Below, piece after piece: positions 17,824 through 27,334 of a stretch of 64,000 nt of DNA (positions are counted from its first letter, which is position 1; each line of letters begins with the position of its first letter). The position numbers were made by a program, and so were the translations under genes. Source of the DNA: Vicinamibacterales bacterium (GTDB lineage Bacteria > Acidobacteriota > Vicinamibacteria > Vicinamibacterales > UBA8438); assembly GCA_965218825.1 (NCBI GenBank), contig OZ244656.1, forward strand, positions 3,805,038 through 3,869,037. The letters are read 5' to 3'. The notes under the pieces are model-generated. The model was not told where the DNA came from. It did not search any database and worked only from the letters and a program-made list of their open reading frames with translations.

Positions 17824-18975
17824 ATGACCAGCAATCCACGGTTCGACCTGCAGGCCGCCTGCCTCGTACTCGTTGTCTTGTCGTTCGGCTTGATAGCTGC
17901 CTGCGGGGGGCAGCCTGCCGCAGCCCCGGAAATGGAAGCCGAGGCAGCAGACACCGGCCTCAGCGCCGACTTGGTGCAGCGGCTCCTTCCGAACCCCACA
18001 GGTGAGGTTATCACCCAGTGGGCCGACCTTCCGGATGGTCGAACGTGGGGATCAACCGCCGGCATCGATATCGCCCCAGACGGCCACGTTTGGGTCTACG
18101 ACCGCTGTGGCGCAAATGGGCTCGACGGTGGATGCGAGGCAAACCCGATCGTCGATCCGATTCTGAAATACGATCGCAATACCGGCGAGCTCCTCGCAAA
18201 CTTCGGGGCCGGCCTGTTTGTGCTGCCTCATGGCCTCCACGTCGACGCCGACGGCAACGTGTGGGTGACCGACTCGCAGGGCAACGAGGCCGGCACGAAG
18301 GGACATCAGGTGATCAAGTTCAGCCCCGAGGGCGAGGTGCTGATGCGGCTCGGTACGGCGGGCCAGCCGGGCAGCGGGCCGGGACAGCTCAACGAGCCAT
18401 GTGATGTGATCACCGCGCCGAACGGCGACATCTTTGTCTCAGACGGTCACAGTGGGCAGCAGCCCGATCCGCCCGAAGGACGGACCGGCAGAATTCTCAA
18501 GTTCGACAGCGAGGGGAACTTCATCAAAGAGTGGGGCGAAATCGGATTCCGGCCCGGGCAATTCCGGACGCCGCACGCGCTTGAGTTCGATTCGCAGGGT
18601 CGGTTGTTCGTGGCCGACCGGGGCAACCACCGTATTCAGATCTTCGACCAGGACGGCAACCTGCTCGACATCTATACTCAATTCAGCCGGATCAGCGGTC
18701 TCTTCATCACCGACGACGACATGCTCTACGCGATCGACTCGGAGTCGGCAGAGACGAATCACTACGGGTGGATGAACGGTGTGCGCATTGGGCCCGCGGG
18801 CGAAGATCGGGTGACGGGGTTTATTCCGCCTCATATGCCAGACGAGGGCCGCGTCCTGCAAGGTCTCGCGGGTGAAGGGATCGCCGTCGATGGGGACGGC
18901 AACGTGTTTGTCGCCGAGGGTCCGGCTTCGCGGCCGTTCGCTGGCGGCGGGCTCACCAAATACGTCGTGCGCTAG
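17824..18975 (+). CDS. NHL-repeat six-bladed beta-propeller lipoprotein (peptidyl-alpha-hydroxyglycine lyase-like)
   Basis: Lipoprotein signal (LSFGLIAACGG). Repeated NHL-type blades (PHGLHVDADGNVWVTD, PCDVITAPNGDIFVSDGH, PHALEFDSQGRLFVADRGNHRIQIFD, GEGIAVDGDGNVFVAE). GGAGGA RBS lies upstream. Confidence 0.8.
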   Translation: MTSNPRFDLQAACLVLVVLSFGLIAACGGQPAAAPEMEAEAADTGLSADLVQRLLPNPTGEVITQWADLPDGRTWGSTAGIDIAPDGHVWVYDRCGANGLDGGCEANPIVDPILKYDRNTGELLANFGAGLFVLPHGLHVDADGNVWVTDSQGNEAGTKGHQVIKFSPEGEVLMRLGTAGQPGSGPGQLNEPCDVITAPNGDIFVSDGHSGQQPDPPEGRTGRILKFDSEGNFIKEWGEIGFRPGQFRTPHALEFDSQGRLFVADRGNHRIQIFDQDGNLLDIYTQFSRISGLFITDDDMLYAIDSESAETNHYGWMNGVRIGPAGEDRVTGFIPPHMPDEGRVLQGLAGEGIAVDGDGNVFVAEGPASRPFAGGGLTKYVVR

Positions 18976-19025
18976 CTCTGGGACGGGCGTTCGTATCTAG
19001 TCCGCAGGGGTATACTCCGCGCACC

Positions 19026-19658
19026 GTGTCCGCGCCGGCGGTTGCTAACCGCGTACTCGTTGTGCTCGCGCACCCGGCCTTCGAGCGCTCGCGCATCAAC
19101 CGACGCCTGTGGGCGGCGGTGCAGGACCTCGAGGCGATCACGTTTCATGATCTCTACGAGGCCTATCCGGACTTCGACGTCGATGTACCGCGTGAGCAAG
19201 AGCTGCTGACGAACGCAGACGTCATCGTTCTCCAGCATCCGTTCTTCTGGTACAGCACCCCGGCACTGGTCAAGCAGTGGGAGGACCTCGTGCTCGAACA
19301 CGGCTGGGCCTACGGCCAGGGCGGCGTCGCGCTCCAAGGTAAGTGCTTTTTGTCGGTCCTCACGACCGGCGGGGGCCAGAATGCGTACCACGCCGAGGGC
19401 CACAATCGGTTCACGGTCCGAGAGCTGCTCGCCCCAATCGAGCAAACGATGCGCCTGTGTGGGATGCGCTATCTACCACCGTTCGTGGCGTTCGGGGCAC
19501 ACGGTATGACCGACGACGTGCTGGGGCGGCACGCAGCCGACTACCGGCTTGTCCTCGAAGCGCTTCGTGACGGGTTCCTTGATTTCGATGCGGCGGATGA
19601 CCGTCAACATCTCAACGCCACCGACGTAAACCTGCCGATCGTTCAGACCCAGTCCTAA
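19026..19658 (+). CDS. kefG: Glutathione-regulated K+ efflux ancillary protein, NAD(P)H:quinone oxidoreductase fold (KefG/KefF type)
   Basis: Strong resemblance to E. coli KefG (VLVVLAHP..S.IN, HDLYEAYPDFDVDVPREQELL, VLQHPFFWYSTPALVKQW). It lies immediately upstream of a CPA2 antiporter, as in kefGB. Confidence 0.8.
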   Translation: MSAPAVANRVLVVLAHPAFERSRINRRLWAAVQDLEAITFHDLYEAYPDFDVDVPREQELLTNADVIVLQHPFFWYSTPALVKQWEDLVLEHGWAYGQGGVALQGKCFLSVLTTGGGQNAYHAEGHNRFTVRELLAPIEQTMRLCGMRYLPPFVAFGAHGMTDDVLGRHAADYRLVLEALRDGFLDFDAADDRQHLNATDVNLPIVQTQS

Positions 19659-19665
19659 GGATCAC

Positions 19666-21624
19666 ATGCACGGCGACGGCTTTTTCTACCAAGCGTTCGT
19701 CTATCTTCTGGCGGCCGTGGTGGCGGTGCCGGTGGCCAAACGGCTTGGCTTTGGCTCGGTGCTTGGTTACCTCCTGGCCGGGGTCGCGATCGGTCCGTCG
19801 GTCTTCGGGTTGATCGGCGACGAGAGTCACGATGTCATGGAGTTCGCTGAGTTCGGCGTCGTGATGATGCTGTTCTTAGTCGGTCTCGAGCTCGAACCGA
19901 CTCGGTTGTGGCGCATGCGGGTTCCTGTGGTCGGGTTGGGAGGACTGCAAGTCTCGGCCACGACGGTCCTAATTGCAGGCCTTGCCTACGCCCTTGGGTT
20001 GTCCTGGCAGGTATCCCTCGCCATCGGCTTGACGTTGTCGCTCTCGTCCACCGCAATTGCGCTCCAGAGCCTCACCGAAAAGGACTTGCTCAAGAGTTCC
20101 TCTGGGCAGAACGCGTTCGCCGTCCTGCTGTTTCAGGACCTTGCGGTGATTCCGATGCTCGCCCTCATCCCGCTGCTCCGGTCGACCGGGACGGCGACCG
20201 AGGGAGCGCACGCAGCGGACACCGGACATGCGGCGGTTTCGTGGCTCGAGCGCTTGCCGGCGTGGGCTGAGCCGTTGGCGGTGCTCGTTGCTGTGGCGTC
20301 GGTCGTTGTCATCGGGCGGTTCGTGGTGCGACCGGCGTTCCACGCGATTGCGCAAACCCGGCTCCGGGAGCTGTTCGCGGCGGCGGCATTGTTGTTGGTC
20401 ATCGGCATAGCGCTGCTCATGACGCTGGTCGGCCTCAGCCCCGCACTTGGGGCCTTCCTGGCCGGTGTGGTACTGGCGACGAGTGAGTATCGCCACCAAC
20501 TCGAGGCCGATATTGAGCCCTTCAAGGGGCTCCTCCTGGGCCTGTTCTTCATCGCCGTCGGGGCATCAATCGATTTCGACCTCATCGGTCGCATGCCCGG
20601 AACGCTCACAGGGTTGGTGGCGCTCCTGATCGGTGTCAAGGTCGTTGTTCTGCTCGTGTTGGGAAGGGTCTTTGGCCTCGGTGTCGACCAACGGATTTTG
20701 TTCGCGCTCGTCCTGGCCCAGGGCAGCGAGTTCGCGTTCGTCCTAACCTCGTTTGCCGCCGGGCTCGGCATTCTCGATGCCGACACGAGCGGAACGCTGA
20801 TCGCCGTGGTTGCCGTGTCGATGGCCACGAGCCCGCTGCTGTTGCTGCTGGGTGAGCGAGTGCTGCTGCCTCGGATCGGTACACGGGAACAGACCGAGCG
20901 AGAACCAGACCAAATGGACGAGGAGACCCCGGTCATCGTCGCGGGCTTCGGGCGTTTTGGGCACATCGTCGGGCGACTCCTGCGGGCCAACGGCGTCGCG
21001 ACGACCGTGCTCGATACGGATGCCGATCGCGTAGAGCTGCTGCGCACGCTGGGCATGGAGGTGTTCTACGGCGACGCCTCGAGGGTCGACCTCCTCCATG
21101 CCGCCGGCGCCGGTCGAGCCAAGCTCATCGTTCTGGCGCTCGATAGTCCACAGAAGACGGTGGAGCTCGTTCACACGCTTCGCCAACACTTTCCCCACCT
21201 CACCATTCTGGCGCGAGCCTCGGACCGGGGAGACGCGTACGACCTGATGGACGCTGGGGTTCGTCACGTCTACCGGGAAACGCTCGACACGTCTCTGCGG
21301 ATGGGGGTCGACGCGCTCCAATTGCTGGGGGTCCGGGCGTATGCCGCGCATCGGGCTGCGCGCACGTTCCGGAGGCATGACGAGGCGGCGATCAAGGAGC
21401 TGGCCAAGGTCCGCCATGATCGCGTGGGGTATCTCGATACGGCACGGCAATGGATTCGCGACCTGGAAGAGGTGCTCAGATCCGAGCTCGGTGAGCGGCC
21501 GTCGTGGGTTGACGTCGGGTGGGATACGGCGTCGCTGCGAGAGGAGTACGGTGGAGACCGGACCGCAGGGGACCGACCCACCGGGGAAGATGGCGCCGAC
21601 CCGCGTGGCGACGGTGTAAGGTAG
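19666..21624 (+). CDS. kefB: CPA2 monovalent cation:proton antiporter, KefB/KefC type with C-terminal RCK/KTN domain
   Basis: About 12 TM helices with family motifs (LGYLLAGVAIGP, MLFLVGLEL). The C-terminal Rossmann KTN domain reads VIVAGFGRFGHIVGRLL. It is paired with kefG. Confidence 0.85.
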   Translation: MHGDGFFYQAFVYLLAAVVAVPVAKRLGFGSVLGYLLAGVAIGPSVFGLIGDESHDVMEFAEFGVVMMLFLVGLELEPTRLWRMRVPVVGLGGLQVSATTVLIAGLAYALGLSWQVSLAIGLTLSLSSTAIALQSLTEKDLLKSSSGQNAFAVLLFQDLAVIPMLALIPLLRSTGTATEGAHAADTGHAAVSWLERLPAWAEPLAVLVAVASVVVIGRFVVRPAFHAIAQTRLRELFAAAALLLVIGIALLMTLVGLSPALGAFLAGVVLATSEYRHQLEADIEPFKGLLLGLFFIAVGASIDFDLIGRMPGTLTGLVALLIGVKVVVLLVLGRVFGLGVDQRILFALVLAQGSEFAFVLTSFAAGLGILDADTSGTLIAVVAVSMATSPLLLLLGERVLLPRIGTREQTEREPDQMDEETPVIVAGFGRFGHIVGRLLRANGVATTVLDTDADRVELLRTLGMEVFYGDASRVDLLHAAGAGRAKLIVLALDSPQKTVELVHTLRQHFPHLTILARASDRGDAYDLMDAGVRHVYRETLDTSLRMGVDALQLLGVRAYAAHRAARTFRRHDEAAIKELAKVRHDRVGYLDTARQWIRDLEEVLRSELGERPSWVDVGWDTASLREEYGGDRTAGDRPTGEDGADPRGDGVR

Positions 21625-21628
21625 AAAG

Positions 21629-22540
21629 ATGAAGACGGCTACCACGATCTGCGTGGGCGTCATCGCGCTCGCGATTCTGTCCCAGGCCCCTCGCCTGGGT
21701 GGACAGCAACCGCTTTTTCGGAGTGGGACCCAGCTGGTCGACCTCTATGTCACGGTGACCGACGACGATGGCCGGCTCGTTCCTGATCTCGTTGAGGACG
21801 ACTTCGCGATCTTCGATGAGGGGCAGCCGCAGGAGATCGCGCTGTTCGAGAACGAGGTTCGGCCGATTACCGTCGTCGTGATGCTCGATACGAGCATCAG
21901 CACGACCAACGTCTTGCACCTGATCAAAGCTGGCGCCGAACAGTTCTTAATCAGGATGCTGCCCGACGATCGCGCTCGGATCGGTGCGTTCAACGACAAG
22001 GTCTCGATCGACCCCCCTGAGTTCATCGGTGATCGCGACGACCTGATCTCGAAGCTCGAGTACCTCGATTTTGGCAACCAGACGAAGCTCTTCGATGCGT
22101 TGTCCACGAGCCTCGACGCGCTCGTGAATGTCGAGGGACGACGGGTAGTTCTGGTGCTGACCGACGGTGAGGACAGCGCCAGCGACCTGGGATGGCGTGA
22201 CGTACTCGAGCGTGCCGTGGCCGAGGACGTAATGATCTACGCGATTGGCCTCGAGGCCGAGTACTTCGACGGCGTACGCTTTCGACGGACGAGCCCTGAC
22301 CGGAGCTTGCGCCGATTGGCCGAGGAAACGGGCGGTGGATATTTCGAGCTCGAGGCAACCGATCAGCTGGGGCCGACGTTCACCCGGGTCTCCCAGGAGC
22401 TTCACAGCCAGTATGTGATTGGTTTTGAGCCACCGGTGAGTGACGGTCTGACCCACCGCGTTGACGTGCGTCTCGGTAGGCGGGGCATGGAGGCGCGCGC
22501 CAGGCGGAGCTACGTTGCCCCGACCGAAGACGAGCTGTAG
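21629..22540 (+). CDS. VWA domain protein (Acidobacterial VWFA-related family)
   Basis: Signal peptide. N-terminal block LVDLYVTVTDDDGRLVPDL..DDFAIFDEGQPQEIALFE. VWA MIDAS-like VVMLDTSISTT. C-terminal HRVDVRLGRRGMEARARRSY. Confidence 0.85.
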   Translation: MKTATTICVGVIALAILSQAPRLGGQQPLFRSGTQLVDLYVTVTDDDGRLVPDLVEDDFAIFDEGQPQEIALFENEVRPITVVVMLDTSISTTNVLHLIKAGAEQFLIRMLPDDRARIGAFNDKVSIDPPEFIGDRDDLISKLEYLDFGNQTKLFDALSTSLDALVNVEGRRVVLVLTDGEDSASDLGWRDVLERAVAEDVMIYAIGLEAEYFDGVRFRRTSPDRSLRRLAEETGGGYFELEATDQLGPTFTRVSQELHSQYVIGFEPPVSDGLTHRVDVRLGRRGMEARARRSYVAPTEDEL

Positions 22541-22581
22541 GGCTGATGTCGAAAACCGGCATACGATGCTGAATTAGCAGG

Positions 22582-23502
22582 ATGCGTACGAGGAACATCC
22601 AGGTCTTCGCCGTCCTGGCGCTGGCGTTCTCGGTTCAGATCGCCTCGCTCGACGGCCAGCAGCCGATCTTTCGAGGCGGGACCTCGCTTGTCGATCTCTA
22701 CGTGACGGTGACCGACAAAGAAGGTCGGCTCGTGCCCGATCTCGGCGAGAGCGACTTCGTCATCTTTGAGGACGGAGAACCGCGGCCCATCGCGCTGTTC
22801 GAAACCGAAGTCCGTCCGATCACCGCGGTGATCATGCTCGATACGAGCCGGAGCACGACCGAAAGCCTCAACGCAATGCCGATGATCGTGGGCGGCGCGC
22901 AACAGTTCTTGAACAGCATGTTGCCCGGCGATCGCGCGCGAATCGGCTCGTTCAACGACACGGTCAAGATCATCCCCTCCGGGTTTTCCGACGACGTGTA
23001 CTACCTGAACCAAGCGCTGGCGCAGCTCCACTACGGATGGTTCACGAAGCTATTCGAAGGAATCTGGGAAGGACTTGAGGCGCTGGCAGAGGTCGAAGGA
23101 CGAAAGGTCGTCCTGGCGTTGACCGACGGTCAGGACAGCGACAGCATCGTGGGGTGGGGCGATGTCCTCGAGCGGGCTGTCGCCGATGAAGTGATGGTCT
23201 ATGCCATTGGTCTGGAGGTCGACTACCCCGAAGGGAACCGGTGGGTGCATACGAAACCGGACCCCAGCTTGCGAAAACTGGCCGAAGAAACGGGCGGTGG
23301 GTATTTCGAGCTCGAGGAGACCGATGCGCTTCTCAAGACGTTTAGACGTGTGTCAGAGGAGTTGCACAAGCAGTACGTCATCGCGTTCGAGCCGTCGGCT
23401 CGTGATGGTGAGAGCCATGAGATCAGGGTCGGTGCCGTGGGCGACGACATGACGGCTCGCGCCCGACGCAGCTACATCGCCACGCCGACGGACGGACCGT
23501 AG
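22582..23502 (+). CDS. VWA domain protein, tandem paralogue of 21629-22540
   Basis: Collinear similarity to the upstream gene over the full length (LVDLYVTVTDKEGRLVPDL..SDFVIFEDGEPRPIALFE; VIMLDTSRSTT; LAEETGGGYFELE; SEELHKQYVIAFEP). Confidence 0.85.
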   Translation: MRTRNIQVFAVLALAFSVQIASLDGQQPIFRGGTSLVDLYVTVTDKEGRLVPDLGESDFVIFEDGEPRPIALFETEVRPITAVIMLDTSRSTTESLNAMPMIVGGAQQFLNSMLPGDRARIGSFNDTVKIIPSGFSDDVYYLNQALAQLHYGWFTKLFEGIWEGLEALAEVEGRKVVLALTDGQDSDSIVGWGDVLERAVADEVMVYAIGLEVDYPEGNRWVHTKPDPSLRKLAEETGGGYFELEETDALLKTFRRVSEELHKQYVIAFEPSARDGESHEIRVGAVGDDMTARARRSYIATPTDGP

Positions 23503-23522
23503 CGCCGTCGCCCCACCCGTGC

Positions 23523-26018
23523 CTACCGGAGGTACCCGAGACTGCGGAGTCGTCGCAGCTCCTCGGGGCTCAGCGCCTCGGTCGCATCCTCGTCAGTTGG
23601 CAACTTTCGGGCTTCCATATAACGCAGCCGCTCGGCCAGCTGTGTCTTGAGCCGCTCGACGACATCAGGGTGGTCGGCCGCGACATCCACCAGGTCCAGC
23701 AGGTCGTCGGGGTGGCGGTAGAGCTCGTACTCCACGATGTGTTCGGGCGGGTCAACGTTGTGAACCAGCTTCCAACCATCGAAGACCACCGAGCGCTGAT
23801 CGACGTCGAACGGCTTCCGGTCGTCTCGACTCGGTATCCGCCTCCGCTCGCTAAACGCTGGCCGCGCTTCCCAGCCACGTGATGTCGGGTCGCCACCTTC
23901 GACCAGCAGCGGCACGAGGCTCTGGCCCTGTGCTTCATCCGGTACCCGAACTCCGCTGAGCTCCAACAGCGTGGGCATAAGGCTGATTGATTCGACGACC
24001 TCACTGACCACTCGACCGCTCGGCACCACGCCGGGCCACCACAGCACCATCGGCACGCTGGTCATCTCGCCGTAGACAGAATTTCCGTGCCAGCCCCACC
24101 CGTGTTCGAAGAACTCCTCACCGTGGTCACTCGTGAACGCCAGCAGGGTGTTGTCGGCAACGCCGCGTTCACGGAGTCCCTCGAGGAGTCGGCCGAGCTC
24201 GGCGTCCATTCCGCGGATCGATCCGTCATACCAGTCCAACAGGTGGTCGTTGTACCGTTCCGGCTCAACGTCGGCCTGTTCGAGCTCCGCGACGTTCGGA
24301 AAACGGTCGGCGGGGAAGCGATTCCCGTCACCCTTACGCAACGTGTCTCCAAAGAAGTCCTTCACCTGCTTCAGACTCGCCTCATGTTCTTCCTTCCCGG
24401 CAGCCGACGCCCACATCAGGTCATAGGGCGGGTACGGCTCGTACGGGTCGTGAGGGTCGAAGACGTGGATGAGCGCGTAGAAGGGCACATCATTGCGGTC
24501 ATCCAGCCACGTGAGGAAACGGTCGACGTATGTCCGCGCCGTCTTTGCCCTGCTATGTCCGAGGTCGTCGTCGTCGATCGAAGCGCGCTCGTGTAGGACC
24601 TCCACACCCTGGTGTAGGTTGGTCATCTTTCCCGTGAACGGAACCGAGGACGCGTGGAACGTCGCGTACCCAGCCGTACGATACGCCTCGGCGAGAGTGG
24701 TGACCCCCGATGGGAGCCGATCGGCGGTGCCCACGATACCGTGCGCCGGCGGGTAGATCGAGCTGAGGAGAGTCGGCACGGAGACCTTGGTCCATGTCCC
24801 TTGAGAGATCGTGTCGCTGAAACGCACACCATCCGCGGCGATCTGCGAGAGGAACGGCGTAGTCTGTCGCCCGTATCTGTAGACGTCCAGGTGGTCGCTC
24901 CGCAGCGTGTCAGCCAGAACGACGATCACGCCCTGCGGCGTTCGTGCGCCGTCATCTGCGAGCGCGACACGCGCCTCGGTGAGAGTGCTCGCCGCGGTTC
25001 GCGGGCGCGCACCGCTCGCGCGAACGACTGGTGCCCCCCAATACCCCAAGGCTCCGTCTTCGTCGGCTTCCAGTGACAGCGACAACGAGACCGGTCGCCC
25101 GGCGAACGACGTCAGATCGATGCGTCGGGTTTCCCATCGTCGCGGTGTCGTGACGGTGCGCTGCCAACGCGGAGCGCCGTTGACACTGACCACGAAGGTA
25201 ATCGGAGCGTCCTCGATCGTGCCAACCGATAGGTCGAACCACGGTTCGGGCGGCAAAGCGAGCTCGACCGTTACCCGCTCCGGCGACCGACTGACGATAG
25301 TTTCCCGGTAGATCTCCCCGAGGCCGTGCCACCCTGGACCGGACGCAATCGAACGAAGATGTTCGCGCAGGGGAACCAGCCGAATCGACTCGATCTCGAA
25401 CCGAGCGCCCTCGACATCGGTTGGCTGAATCAGGATGTGGCGCATTCTCGAGATGGGGAATGATTGGCCAACGTTGCGAAGCGTGTACGTCTGCACGTCG
25501 TCCCCGGGCACAAGCTCAGCCGACAACGGCGCCTCGACCGCACGTTGGATGCGCCTCACGATGCTGTCCCGGTTCAGCTCTTCGGCCCGGTCAAGCGTCA
25601 CGCCGATTCGGGAGCCTTGCGACACCCGCATGGTGATCTCGATCGAGTGCAGGAGATCATGCTCGTCGAGCGTATCCGGTCGGGTCGCATGCAGGAGCGC
25701 TAACTCCCCGCTTGTTCCAGACAACCGACCGTCCCGAACGCCGAGGTCAACGATGTCCGCATCGGCTTCCCACCCGAATGTGTCGCGACGCGAGGGGGCT
25801 TCTTTCTCATCATCATCAACGAGTTCAACGGTGCCCGCACCGTCGAATCGCCACTCGGTCGGTTCGATTGGATCGACCGGGACGGTGCCCTCGACGGTCG
25901 CGGTGTCGAACATGTCGATGAGCGGAACCGCGGTTGGTGCGTACGATTCTCCGCACGCAGCACACGCAACAGCGGCAAGCAGAGGCAGCAAACGTGCAAT
26001 CGGCCGCGCGTGAGGCAT
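23523..26018 (-). CDS. Sulfatase-like hydrolase/transferase lipoprotein with a ~350-aa N-terminal domain of unknown function
   Basis: Sulfatase-fold blocks are present (VIVVLADTLRSDHLD, FTSDHGEEFFEHG, SVPMVLWWPG). I prefer the start at 26018 (MPHARPIARLLPLLAAVACAACG, a lipobox) to the longest ORF start at 26060. Confidence 0.8.
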   Translation of the reverse strand: MPHARPIARLLPLLAAVACAACGESYAPTAVPLIDMFDTATVEGTVPVDPIEPTEWRFDGAGTVELVDDDEKEAPSRRDTFGWEADADIVDLGVRDGRLSGTSGELALLHATRPDTLDEHDLLHSIEITMRVSQGSRIGVTLDRAEELNRDSIVRRIQRAVEAPLSAELVPGDDVQTYTLRNVGQSFPISRMRHILIQPTDVEGARFEIESIRLVPLREHLRSIASGPGWHGLGEIYRETIVSRSPERVTVELALPPEPWFDLSVGTIEDAPITFVVSVNGAPRWQRTVTTPRRWETRRIDLTSFAGRPVSLSLSLEADEDGALGYWGAPVVRASGARPRTAASTLTEARVALADDGARTPQGVIVVLADTLRSDHLDVYRYGRQTTPFLSQIAADGVRFSDTISQGTWTKVSVPTLLSSIYPPAHGIVGTADRLPSGVTTLAEAYRTAGYATFHASSVPFTGKMTNLHQGVEVLHERASIDDDDLGHSRAKTARTYVDRFLTWLDDRNDVPFYALIHVFDPHDPYEPYPPYDLMWASAAGKEEHEASLKQVKDFFGDTLRKGDGNRFPADRFPNVAELEQADVEPERYNDHLLDWYDGSIRGMDAELGRLLEGLRERGVADNTLLAFTSDHGEEFFEHGWGWHGNSVYGEMTSVPMVLWWPGVVPSGRVVSEVVESISLMPTLLELSGVRVPDEAQGQSLVPLLVEGGDPTSRGWEARPAFSERRRIPSRDDRKPFDVDQRSVVFDGWKLVHNVDPPEHIVEYELYRHPDDLLDLVDVAADHPDVVERLKTQLAERLRYMEARKLPTDEDATEALSPEELRRLRSLGYLR

Positions 26019-26092
26019 CCCCAATACAATACATGCCCTATGCGTTGATGCAGCGGGCATTTCGGGCTAACCACGACGCGGAGGCGCAGACG

Positions 26093-26695
26093 ATGGGCTA
26101 CCAGTTCTTGGTTGATACGTACGAAACGGAACGCCTCAAGGTGTTGAGCGTGTGGAGCATGTTTCGCGACGAGGACTTGCCGGCTCGGCCGCATCCGACC
26201 GACACTCGAGGTCGCAGCGTCCACGAGCAGATGGTCCATCAGTGCGTGAGCGAGAACCTCTGGTTCAAAGGTATGTTGGGGATCGAGGTCAGCCTCCCGC
26301 CCGTGCCGGGTCACGAGACGAGGCTTGAGTTCATCAGGCGGTACAAGCTCACCTCTGCCGAGCGACTCGAGGCATTACGGCCGAAGCCGGCGTCATGGTG
26401 GGAAGGCGAGACGTCGTTCTTCGACACCGTGCGATCGCGTGCGTGGGTGGTCGTCCGACGAATCGCCCACACGTCGCATCATCGCGGTCAACAGATGACG
26501 ATGCTGCGGATGCTCAACCGCGACCTCCACAGCAACTATGGCCCTACATCGGACACCGGCGGTCTGATGCAGAACAAAGCACCGGTGATATATGCCTATG
26601 CGGATGACAGGGCGTTGCTGGCAGGTGAGGAGGCGGGAGGGCGCAAAACGGCATTACCCGGCCCGGGCGACTCCCCGACGACGGAACGGCCGTGA
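26093..26695 (+). CDS. DinB-superfamily protein
   Basis: Four-helix-bundle family hallmarks: N-terminal TYETERLKVLSVW, HEQMVHQCVSE and C-terminal RRIAHTSHHRGQQMTMLRM (His triad context). The start is placed at the internal ATG 26093 (26048 is also possible). The ORF-track start at 25934 overlaps the divergent sulfatase-like gene. Confidence 0.7.
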   Translation: MGYQFLVDTYETERLKVLSVWSMFRDEDLPARPHPTDTRGRSVHEQMVHQCVSENLWFKGMLGIEVSLPPVPGHETRLEFIRRYKLTSAERLEALRPKPASWWEGETSFFDTVRSRAWVVVRRIAHTSHHRGQQMTMLRMLNRDLHSNYGPTSDTGGLMQNKAPVIYAYADDRALLAGEEAGGRKTALPGPGDSPTTERP

Positions 26696-26805
26696 GGGTA
26701 CGACGGCGACGGGATAGACGACGTGGCATCACGAAAGGAAGGTGCAGCCCAACGCGTCGGGGTGCCGGCCTCGACAACGGCGCGCACCGCGGATAGGCTG
26801 GCGGG

Positions 26806-27198
26806 ATGACGTCTGCCGGGACGAGGGTGGTCCGCTTGGGAGCGATCGCGGCAATCCTGGCGGCGCACGCGGGTGGCTTCGCGCAAGAGCGGACCATGGA
26901 GGTGACCGCAACCGCGTACAACTCGGTCCGGGCGCAGACGGATGCGAACCCCAACGAAGGTGCCTGGGGTGATGAGATCAGGCCGGGCATGAAGATCATC
27001 GCCGTGTCGCCGGATTTGCTCGAGGCTGGGCTGGACCGGGGGACGGAGGTTCGATTCGAAGGCCTGCCAGGAACGTGGACCGTGCTGGACCGGACACCGT
27101 CGCGCTTCCGCAAGCGGATAGACGTGTACATGGGCACGGACATTGAGGCCGCCCTGGAATGGGGTGTTCGGAAGGTGACGATTCGTTGGTCCGATTGA
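26806..27198 (+). CDS. 3D-domain protein (MltA/YuiC-like cell-wall-related fold)
   Basis: Signal peptide, then MEVTATAYNSVRAQTDANPNEGAWGDEI...IAVS.DLL..G...GT.V...G..G.W.V.DR...R....IDVYMG, which is typical of 3D-domain proteins. Confidence 0.8.
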   Translation: MTSAGTRVVRLGAIAAILAAHAGGFAQERTMEVTATAYNSVRAQTDANPNEGAWGDEIRPGMKIIAVSPDLLEAGLDRGTEVRFEGLPGTWTVLDRTPSRFRKRIDVYMGTDIEAALEWGVRKVTIRWSD

Positions 27199-27334
27199 GG
27201 CTGATTCCGCACAGAACCCACCGGTCGGGCCACCGTCGGTTGCACGATGGTCGGCTCTCCGTTAACGTCTGAGGCCGGTCGGCGGCCGTGGTGAAACTTC
27301 TTACTCCACGTGCTCGTAGTAAGTAGCGGGTTAT

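Noticed and set aside
26696-26805. Possible c-di-AMP (ydaO-type) riboswitch upstream of the 3D-domain gene
   Set aside because: The leader is only ~110 nt. I could not find the conserved ydaO cores (for example the ACCCG...AGCTAACC-like segments). An Infernal scan would be needed to revisit this.
27300-27323. Inverted repeat cttact-N12-agtaag containing CACGTG, upstream of the efflux operon
   Set aside because: The arms are only 6 bp and asymmetric around the palindrome. No cognate regulator gene is adjacent. The support is too weak to call an operator.
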